Source of the DNA: Octopus vulgaris
Taxonomy: Eukaryota
Direction: 5' to 3'
Length of the DNA: 64,000 nt
Assembly: GCA_951406725.2 (NCBI GenBank)
Contig: OX597828.1
Location: 75,702,001-75,766,000 of the forward strand
The notes beneath the pieces were generated by a model that was given only the letters and a program-made list of their open reading frames with translations, was not told the DNA's origin and made no database searches. Positions 54,977 to 64,000 of the stretch are shown here, piece after piece (position 1 is the first letter of the stretch; each line of letters starts with the position of its first letter). A program made the position numbers and the translations under genes.

Positions 54977-56170
54977 AATATGACATGTTTAAATTGTCTA
55001 TATGTACGAGAGAGAGAGAGAGAGGGAGAGAGAGAGAGATAGAGAGAGAGAGAGGGAGAGAGAGAGAGAGAGAGAGCATATCGTATGAATTTGAACCCAA
55101 ATTATAATCATCAATTGTCCGTCTTTACGTTCTGAATTCTAATTCTCCCGATGTCGACTTTGCCTTTTGATCCTTCAGGGTCGATGAAATAAGTACCTGT
55201 TACTTACGGGGGCCGATATAATCGACTAGTCCACCCCACGAAAGTTTCAAGCCTTGCTCTTATAGTAGAAAGGGTTATTATTATTATCATCATCATCATC
55301 ATCTTTCAATTCCGTTTCCATTTCTTGCCGAGTACGTAGGACAGAGAAACTCACTGTATGTATTGGTAGGCCACTAAAATAAATACACCAGATTATTACT
55401 CTTGTTGTTGTTGCTGTTGTTCTTATTATTCCCATTCTCATTATCAAAGGTGACTCATTACGGGATCAACTTTGCTTTTCATACGTTCGGGGTCGATCAA
55501 ATGCAATTTCAGTCAAGTACTTAACTGAAATTGCATTTGAACTGGAACAACGTGAAATAAAGTGTCTCGCTTGAGAACACAACACAAAGCCCTAACCTAT
55601 GATGGTGAGGCCGACGCTCTAACCAGTGAGCCATGTGTCTTCACTCGAGAAGTATACTATATTAAGTAAAACAGTGGAATTCCTTGTATTACATTTGACA
55701 TGTTAATACAGGTGTTTCGGCACTGCATGACGAATTTCATGAATAGGATTTTGAATTTGAATTTAAATGCTTATGTAATATTACGAAATATTAATAATAA
55801 CTATTATTAATAACTATGCGCATTTTTCAGAGAAGGTTCAAAATTGATGCAATGTGCACTTGAAAGATTTTGTTGAATATAGGTTTTGAATTTCTAACAG
55901 AAGTCTTTGACATGTTCTCTCTAAAACTTTCTCAAGCCAATATTTACATGTTATTGTTTATAGCTTCATATCTGTGCTTCGAGATATTGCCCCACCACTA
56001 CCACCACACCACAAGAGAATTTGTTCACTTTCATTTCAAAATTTCAAATATTCTTATGACGTCAACTATATGTGTATGTATATATGTAGGTCCCGGGTTG
56101 AGTCGGGGTTAACCACAGTAAATAAGGTACTCAATACATAGCAGAGTAAAGTAATTTATTTTATAGAAGG

Positions 56171-56221
56171 AGCTTCTACAGAACTAGAACTGTTTCATTC
56201 AGATGAAATCTTCAGGAAGCT
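56171..56221 (-). ncRNA. Type I hammerhead ribozyme (weak stem II); predicted cleavage after GUA at 56177
   Basis: Minus strand: AGCTTC-CTGAAGA-T-TTC atct GAA-T-GAA-ACAG ttctagtt CTGT-A-GAAGCT. Confidence 0.82.
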
Positions 56222-56559
56222 GGCTGTCAAAATAAGTTCTGGTATTTATGCATTTAGGCAGATTTAATGGAATGTTGGTGGGGGACGTTTTTTCGGTAGG
56301 TTGGTATTTAGGAGATAAACAGGGCACAGGCTATTGTTCTTAGGGGAGTGGTCAAAAGGCCAGAGTGTTCTTTTGAAATGAGAAGAATCAGTGAGAAAAT
56401 AAATAAATGAATGAATAGAATAAATGAATAGAAACAGATATATGGGATGGGATTTTAGGAAAATTAGAAGACAATTGCTTTTTGGTGGTCAAGAAGAGGT
56501 AGGCATTGTTATTGTTAGGTGGAGGGAATAAATAGATAAATATACATGAAAAAACAAAT

Positions 56560-56670
56560 AAAATAAATATACATACAAACACACATACATACACATGCGA
56601 ATATATATATATGTATACAAACATACGTACATACATACACATACATATATATATATATACATACAGACAT

Positions 56671-56717
<47 letters not shown>

Positions 56718-56780
56718 TACATGCATATACACATACATATACATACATACACCTACATACACACACATACGCACACACAA

Positions 56781-56823
<43 letters not shown>

Positions 56824-56970
56824 CAAATACACATAAGTATACATACGCATATAAATACATATATGCATATATAAATACACACATGCATATACATACATAT
56901 ACATACATGCACATATATGCACATACATACACATACATACACGTACGTACATATACACATCAACACATAT

Positions 56971-57005
<35 letters not shown>

Positions 57006-57209
57006 CATACATAAATCTACATGTCCATATATATATATACACATATACACATATACATACATACATACACACATATAAATACACATATATGCATATATAT
57101 ATATATATACATACATAAACATATACATATGCATATACATGCATATAAATATATACACATGTACACACATACATACATAAATACATACACACACATACAT
57201 ACAAACATG

Positions 57210-57277
<68 letters not shown>

Positions 57278-57425
57278 CGCGCGTACATACACATGCACAC
57301 ATATACACATACACACATATACACGCATACACACACGCATGTACATATACGTAAGCACACATACATATATATGCACATATATACATGTATGTGCATATAT
57401 ATATGCATATATATATATGTATATA
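56560..57425. repeat. (TA)/(CA) compound microsatellite within the putative PLE 3' region
   Basis: Direct inspection. Confidence 0.95.
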
Positions 57426-57496
57426 GTCTTAGGAGAGAAGGTAATTGGGGGTGATGAAGGAACGGTGGTGTGGTGGGGGTAGGGTTTTTTGTGTCG

Positions 57497-57730
57497 TCAA
57501 TAGGGTGACCGGGTGGGTCTGTAATTTTTGTAGTTTGCATAGATTTTGTGCATACAGTTTGGGGAGTGTTCCGAGATCTTGTTGAGGAGAGGGCCTTTGG
57601 CGAATAAGACCTCCAAGCTCTCAGAAATGCAAAGGTCACAGCAAGTATGGCCTCCCGTGTAAGAACGCGCTCTCTGGAGTAGTCTCCACTTGATCTTGAA
57701 GGGGATGGAGTTCCTTTTAAGGTGCCAGAT
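57497..57730 (-). mobile_element. Naiad-like PLE endonuclease C-terminus (77 open codons, then stop)
   Basis: Own translation, in a frame absent from the track: [62 protein letters not shown]... It fits the W.LK..I.W..A..Y..C.LC..E..LLNK..E..C.H pattern. Confidence 0.82.
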
Positions 57731-57762
57731 TGGGCGGTGAGAGTATATATGTATATATATAC

Positions 57763-57926
57763 CACGGGCTTCTTTTCAGTTTCCGTCTACCAAATCCACT
57801 CACAAGGCTTTGGTACGCCAGAGGCTATAGTAGAAGTCACTTGCCCAAGTTGCCACGCAGTGGGACTGAACCCGGAACCATGTGGTTGGTAAGCAAACTA
57901 CCTACCGCACAGCCGCTCCTACGCCT
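57763..57926 (-). mobile_element. SINE family B 5' half
   Basis: tRNA-like head plus CORE-like block. Confidence 0.85.
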
Positions 57927-57928
57927 AT

Positions 57929-58024
<96 letters not shown>

Positions 58025-58205
58025 ATACATATTACGAAGATATACTTGCATAGCAAGTGACTTGATCTGAGATCGTGTGCTGAAACAAAGACAATTGCAA
58101 AGTGGAAGGTGTTTATCAGCCATTTAAAAACGCATAAAAACCGTTAGATTCACTTCAACATTTAGATTTAATTTGTCAAAATATTTTCGTCGCTTTGAAA
58201 CCGCG

Positions 58206-60415
58206 TAGTAGCGAGTTGCACGGAGCTGCTCTTCTTTGCGTCTCCCTTCACGATGTGAGTTCATCTGGTATCTCAGATAGAAACCTGTCCAGAAGTTCCT
58301 TGAAAAATTCTATATGAACACCATGTAAATTTCTAAGGTTGCCGGGCATTATGTTGAACAATTGCGGGGCCTTGAAACCCAGTCTACCGCAGTACTGTCT
58401 TCTTATTTTAGGTTAGGAAGACAGGACCTTTGGTATGATGCGGTGCCGTCCACTTTGAGGATTGATATAGCTGCAAGACCTTCCAAATATATATCACCGA
58501 ATATCTTTCACGTCTCCCCGGGGAATAGAAACATAGCTCCTTTGACTTCTTCCAGTAGCCCAACTTTGGCATCGAGTCAATCTTCTTTGTGTACTGGCGT
58601 TGGATTGCTTCGAGTTCCACAGTTTGTTTCACACTGTATGAAACAAACCATAGTTGGGAGTAGTACATCAAGCGGCTGAGAACGAAAGATCTCTATAAGA
58701 ATAGCAGGACTTCCCTTGTCCTGAATCTGAATGTCCTCAGAATCCAGCCAGCCACTCGCATAGTGTTGCCATCTTGGTAATATGCACATGTAATATTTCA
58801 TCATTACTCATGGGAACCTCCAGGTCACGCACCGACTCTGACTCTGAGATCGTATTACCTTCTGGTCCAGTGTATTCCGAATTTAGCCTGGCGTTGGACC
58901 GATAGTGGAGTGCCTGAAATTTCATAGCATTGAACTGCTTGTTATTTTTGTTAGCCCATTTGTGTATTTCATTCAGGTCTTTCTGCAGTTTTATGATATC
59001 CTTTGGGTTCCTAACTGCCTGCAATACTTTGTGTCGTCAGCATAACTGGTCAAACTGGGTGACTGTACAACGGAGGACATGTCTGAGAGGACCATCACAA
59101 ATAGTAGTGATCCCAGCACATTTTCTCATGGGACTCCGCTGCGAATTGGTGTCTCTTCAGGGTAAGCACCAAGCACCATTGGCTACAAGTGTCTGCCTCC
59201 TCCCCTTCAGAAGAGCATGTAGCGACTCTTCTAGTTTCCTGGTAATACCGAGGTTTCGCAGTTTGTGACATATCATGTTATGATAAACCTTGTCGAAGGC
59301 CTTGGCAAAGTCGAGATATCTCACGTCTACAGCTGACTGTTGTTCAGTACCCAGTCAAAGTACTGCAGCAACTGTGTGAGGCAGCTCCTCCCTGCACGGA
59401 AGCCATGTTGAGAAGGTTGTTTTCTTCTAGGAACGTGATCAGCCTTTTTCTGTCAATGCGTTCCTTTGTCTTGCTAACATGGGCCAGTAGATTTAGATGG
59501 TCCTGTAGCTTTTAGCATCTGCTCTACTCCCTCCTTTGTGGACAGGGTATATTATATCGTCTTTTAGCATGTTGGGAAGTTTACCACATGCAAGGAAACT
59601 CTGAAAGAGTATCTGCAGTGGCTTTGCAGGTGCCTTACGTGTCTTTAAGAGAACAGCTGGGAGTCCATCTAGGAATGTTGCTGAGTTTGATCTCATCTTG
59701 ACCGATATTACATCCCCTTCTGTTATGTTGTTGTAATCGATGGTTGTCTCCTTTCCAAATAGATTTGTTATATTGAAAAATCCCACCGGTTTGTTTATTT
59801 GCATATTTTCCAGTGAAAGAGTGAAAAGACATCGGAATTGCTTACATAGTACTTCACTTATCTTCCCCGGGTCTTCAGTTAGTGAGCCGTTTTTACCAAA
59901 TAGTGGCCCTATCTTATAGAGTACTGAGGCAGACTACTTTGCCAACATGTTGAAGGCTTAAGGATTTCTTTTAATATTTTCGACTGATCAGATTTCTCTT
60001 TCTTCTCTCTCATTTGCATGGGAGATTTTGAGTTTATTTTCTATCTCAAAGAGCTCCTCTGCCAGGTGGGATTTCATACTGTAATTATAGTGTTTGTTGA
60101 AACGATTCGAGATCTTTATTCTCCGCTGCATGAGTATTCTCCTGTCTCGGGGAATGATGTTTTTGTATGTACTGGTTCTCCTCTCTGGAACATATTTAAT
60201 GCATATGGCTTGCATTGTTGACATGGATTTATTGAGTTTCATATGTATATCTTCATGGAGAGGCTTGTAGGCCAGTCCTGCTGGAGTATTTGTTTTTCAA
60301 GTGATTTCCAGTCAGCCTTACAGAAATTTAGGCTGGATAGGGTTTGAGTGTCATCTATGAGGAGTTTATCTTTAGTTAATTGCTGACCATACATTGTAGT
60401 TCTATCATGTTAGGT
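58206..60415 (-). mobile_element. CR1-group LINE ORF2 remnant (RT domain, many frameshifts)
   Basis: LDGLPAVLLK, IYPVHKGGSRADAKSYR, YLDFAKAFDKV, YADDTK, LQKDLNEIHKWA..N...FNAMKF and PQLFNIMPGNLR. Confidence 0.9.
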
Positions 60416-60585
60416 TTTGAGATATATCTATATCCACACACATTCATACCTCCTCTTGCACTCTCCTATCTTTGAAAGAACTTTTTTTCACCCATTCCCT
60501 TCCGATCATTCAAAATGTGACCGCGTGTGTACCGTTGGCGATTTTTGTCCGCCGTCTTCCTTTCTTTGGATTTTTCCTTTTCCTA

Positions 60586-60620
60586 TGTTTCTGACGAAGA
60601 GCTCCGCTCGAAACGTTGGT
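60586..60620 (+). ncRNA. Minimal hammerhead motif (core intact, stem I 3' strand mismatched)
   Basis: TGTTT-CTGACGA-A-GAGC tcc GCTC-GAA-ACGT-T-GGT. Confidence 0.65.
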
Positions 60621-60725
60621 TACTCCTTCTTTCCTGAGCGTTCAATAATACTATACTTGTCCCACGTCCCCGCGTTGTTGTGTTTTCATATTTGGATTAA
60701 CTTTATATACATATACATATACATA

Positions 60726-60786
<61 letters not shown>

Positions 60787-60883
60787 ACATATACATATAT
60801 ATATACATAGGAGTAAACACATAAATGTGAAACAAGGTGGAAAAAGAGTACTCAAATACCAGTGGTAGAGTAATATACTTTAT

Positions 60884-61002
60884 TTAAAGCAGCAGAAAAT
60901 TCAACAAAACCTGTTATTCTGAGTTTCACGTTCCCGTTCGTCCGACAAACGGGAAGGTGAAACTCAGAGTAACAGGTTTTGTTGAATTTTCTGCTACTTT
61001 AA
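60884..61002. repeat. Fold-back palindrome (axis 60943) built from a hammerhead-like motif
   Basis: Arms of about 59 bp; merged consensus TGT-CCGACGA-ACG ggaa CGT-GAA-ACTCAGAGT-A-ACA. Confidence 0.75.
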
Positions 61003-61096
61003 CCCTCCTTCCCTTCTTTCCTGAGCGTCAAATAATACTTTAATTGTTCCACGTCCTCGCGCTGCTGTGTTTTTTTCTGTGTTTTCTTGTTTGGAT

Positions 61097-61158
<62 letters not shown>

Positions 61159-61381
61159 AAATACTGAATTTCTAAATCTCTCGTAGAGTCATGTACGGTG
61201 GTGGGGCGATAGAATGGTTGTATACTGCCAATCTAACACGAACGTTACAGTAGGGGGTACACCACCGCTGTATAGCCCTAGGAAGCATCGATCGCCTCCT
61301 GATGGCTTTGACACATTTTTCCCTGTGTCCTTATATACATTTACGAAGGGGAGACAAACACCCCCAGCCGCCGAAGCTGCA

Positions 61382-61426
61382 TCTAGGGACACGTGTTTCA
61401 GGATCATTGTCCTTCATCGGCCTAGA
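61382..61426 (-). ncRNA. Type I hammerhead ribozyme (U4C variant), apparently intact; predicted cleavage after GUC at 61388
   Basis: Minus strand: TCTAGG-CCGATGA-AGGA caatga TCCT-GAA-ACACGTGT-C-CCTAGA. Confidence 0.88.
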
Positions 61427-61668
61427 GTAGCAGACACCGGTCAGCTGGTGATATTATATCTTTATTATGGGCACGATGGCCCGAATGCAGAGGGGACATT
61501 ACAAGACGGGACATGGGGTACATAAAGTAAAAATAAAATATGAAATAAAGATGAATTATGTGTAATGAGTTAGATGGAACGGCTTACGAGCCCCCCAACT
61601 CGCAGTTCCGTTTAAAATACAATTTTACATTTTACAATTTTACAATTTACAATGTTACAATTTTACAA

Positions 61669-62058
61669 TTACATATATTCCAGTTCTATTGGACGTTCGT
61701 CCGTAATGTACTTTGTTAATTCCATCTGGTCTATCACATTTAGCAAATTGTCATAACATACATAATACGTTAAATAAACCTCATCAAACATACTTTTCAA
61801 TTTAGTAAATGTTCCTCTATCTACAACTACCCCTTTCACATCGTCATCATGCAGTTTTGGGTGTAATTTAACCCTAATCAATCCTTTCCTACCTGCAAGT
61901 CTTTTTTCCACTTCTGTGTCTTTCACGTACAACACGAATACTTTCAGGTATTTTCCTACAGGTATTTTTCCCTTTTTACAAGCATCCAACTGTTCTCTCA
62001 CTTTTTTCTCCATTCTAAGTTTACCTCTGTCTTTGTCTGTTCGTCCTTTTCTTTGCAC
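61669..62058 (-). CDS. Probable frameshifted C-terminal continuation of the ORF1 protein
   Basis: 129 open codons of non-repetitive composition that overlap the end of the upstream ORF. Confidence 0.55.
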   Translation of the reverse strand: MQRKGRTDKDRGKLRMEKKVREQLDACKKGKIPVGKYLKVFVLYVKDTEVEKRLAGRKGLIRVKLHPKLHDDDVKGVVVDRGTFTKLKSMFDEVYLTYYVCYDNLLNVIDQMELTKYITDERPIELEYM

Positions 62059-63026
62059 GTTCTCTCTTCTTTTTCTTCTGTTATCTTGCTTTTGATTTTT
62101 TTCTTTTTTAGAACTTTCGGTGGTGATTCCACCCTTGTTCTCTTCCTATCTTCTGTTCTTTCCTCCTCTGCACTTGCACGTTCTTCTTCCACATCCTCAA
62201 TTAGCTGCTCCTCCGTTTGCGCCTCAACTGCTTTCATTTCCTCCTGCATTTCTCCCTCCTCCACACACGTATCTTTCCACTCCTTCGTTACAGCCTCCGG
62301 TGCTATCGTTTTCTCCAGCGGGCACACATCCTTCATGTGGCCTCTTAATTTGCAATTATAACAGACTTGGGGTCTTCCCTCTACCACGACTCTAAGCCGT
62401 GTCTCATCATGGAAGACCAACTCCTCCGGGATGTTGTATAGGTCTGGCACGGCTATATGTGCCAGAACCTGTACCGCATATCCCCACCACTTAACTTCTG
62501 TTGACTTTTCCACCTTCACCGCCTCCACACTTGCCTTGCAGTTGAAAACTACTGCCGCTAATATCCTCTCCATGTTAAGTTCGGGCGAAATCCTAATAAT
62601 TCTTATTCTGACTGCCCTCTTTCCGCAGTAACTAGGTAATAAAGTCCAACTTTCCGATTTCAGAATTTTTGTCGCATTCTTTCTTGCTTCATTTTCATTT
62701 TTAAAGCGTACCACCACTGTGGCATATTTCCTTCCTCTGTTGAAAAAGGTAGGTTCACCCTCAATTCCTTGCAGACATTTCTCTATTTCTTCCATCTCTG
62801 CTACTTCTATTTTTCTTGACGCCACACAACATGTCCTGTATGTTATCATACGTTTCTCCGTGTTGTTTTCTTTTTCGGACGGTGTGACTCTCACGCAGTC
62901 ACCCTCCCTCTTCAAACTGTCGAAATATTTTTCTAAAGTCTTCTTCTCGACTACCACTTCTTCCATTTCTAGTCGACTCGCAACCAGGCCTCTGCCTGCT
63001 GCTCTCGCATACGTCTGGTCTTGCAT
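61998..63026 (-). CDS. L1/Tx1-type ORF1 (gag-like) nucleic-acid-binding protein with CCHC zinc knuckle
   Basis: ATG at 63026 (MQDQTYARAA); VVVEGRPQVCYNCKLRGHMKDVCP (Cx2Cx4Hx4C); E/K-rich tail. Confidence 0.85.
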   Translation of the reverse strand: MQDQTYARAAGRGLVASRLEMEEVVVEKKTLEKYFDSLKREGDCVRVTPSEKENNTEKRMITYRTCCVASRKIEVAEMEEIEKCLQGIEGEPTFFNRGRKYATVVVRFKNENEARKNATKILKSESWTLLPSYCGKRAVRIRIIRISPELNMERILAAVVFNCKASVEAVKVEKSTEVKWWGYAVQVLAHIAVPDLYNIPEELVFHDETRLRVVVEGRPQVCYNCKLRGHMKDVCPLEKTIAPEAVTKEWKDTCVEEGEMQEEMKAVEAQTEEQLIEDVEEERASAEEERTEDRKRTRVESPPKVLKKKKIKSKITEEKEERTCKEKDEQTKTEVNLEWRKK

Positions 63027-63483
63027 TTTCAAAATCTCCAAATAAAATTCACCACGTCCTCCAGCAACGAACTCGAACTCACAACCTCTTCACAATGACG
63101 CACTCAAAACAAACACACGAGAATAACGACTCCAAAAAAAATAGGTCAGCTGGTGATATTTGTCTCGACTTCGCAATTGTATATATCTATAATTCAGTGA
63201 AGTCTATTCACTGATTATCAAAATAAGAAATACTGAATTTCTAAATCTCTCGTAGATACATGTACGGTGGTGGGGCGATAGAATGGTTGTATACTGTCAA
63301 TCGAACACGAACGTGACAGTAGGGGGGTACACAACCGCTGTATAGTCCTAGGAAGCATCGAACGCCTCCTGATAGCTTTGACACATTTTTCCCTGTGTCC
63401 TTATATACATTTACGAAGGGGAGACAAACACCCCCGGCCGCCGAAGAGTAGCAGACACCGGTCAGCTGACCGGTGTCTGCTAC

Positions 63484-63528
63484 TCTAGGCCGCTGAAGGA
63501 CAATGATCCTGAAAAACGTGTCCCTAGA
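63484..63528 (+). ncRNA. Mutated copy of the 61382-61426 hammerhead (A6C, plus a stem III change)
   Basis: TCTAGG-CCGCTGA-AGGA caatga TCCT-GAA-AAACGTGT-C-CCTAGA. Confidence 0.75.
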
Positions 63529-63746
63529 TGCAGCTTCGGCGGCCGGGGGTGTTTGTCTCCCCTTCGTAAATGTATATAAGGACACAAATGTGTCAAAGCC
63601 ATCAGGAGGCGTTCGATGCTTCCTAGGGCTATACAGCGGTGGTGTACCCCCCTACTGTCACGTTCGTGTTAGATTGGCAGTATACAAACATTATATATAT
63701 ATATATATACACATATATATATATATACATATATATATATACACAC

Positions 63747-63781
<35 letters not shown>

Positions 63782-64000
63782 CATATATATATACACATAT
63801 ATAAATATATATATATGTATATATATACATATATATATAAACATATATATATACATATATATATATATGCATATATATATATATATATATATATACATTA
63901 TTTGAATGGACCATAAACAAAACTTGACTTAAACAGGAGTTAGATAATCCTATTAGGTGGTGCTATTAAGTTAGACATGGCCTGGACCAATCTTTGGTCG

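Larger units (their letters stand above)
61456..63143 (-). mobile_element. 1.69-kb ORF1-only non-LTR retroelement (HAL1/Tx1-like) with 17-bp TSD
   Basis: GGTCAGCTGGTGATATT at 61439-61455 and 63144-63160; AATAAA near the 3' end; no RT or endonuclease motifs. Confidence 0.8.
61154..63686 (-). mobile_element. Noncoding 364-bp HHR-bearing unit in partial tandem plus inverted copy (retrozyme/PLE-like), interrupted by a retroelement
   Basis: Unit starts at 61154 and 63223; palindrome axis at 63465/63466; (TA)n on both flanks. Confidence 0.82.

Overview
AT-rich, microsatellite-dense eukaryotic intronic or intergenic DNA. The SINE families resemble those of Octopus (inference from recognised repeats). 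No confident host protein-coding gene, rRNA, true tRNA or CRISPR array was found; most long ORFs in the track are (TA)n/(CA)n artefacts. The window is a mosaic of tRNA-derived SINEs, CR1- and RTE-type LINE fragments, Tc1/mariner, pogo- and hAT-type MITEs and a non-autonomous Helitron. It also holds four Penelope-like element (PLE) remnants, three of them Naiad-like, and a 1.7-kb TSD-flanked retroelement encoding only an ORF1/gag-like protein. The main unexplained signal is about ten type I hammerhead-ribozyme (HHR) motifs from apparently unrelated repeat families. Three look intact (50642-50737 +, 56171-56221 -, 61382-61426 -), and one family has a G3-C8 swapped core. They lie in PLE 3' regions or in short noncoding units with partial tandem and fold-back inverted duplications, usually next to (TA)n. 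This suggests a diverse PLE-mobilised, retrozyme-like system. All calls were made by eye, and coordinates of degenerate elements are approximate.
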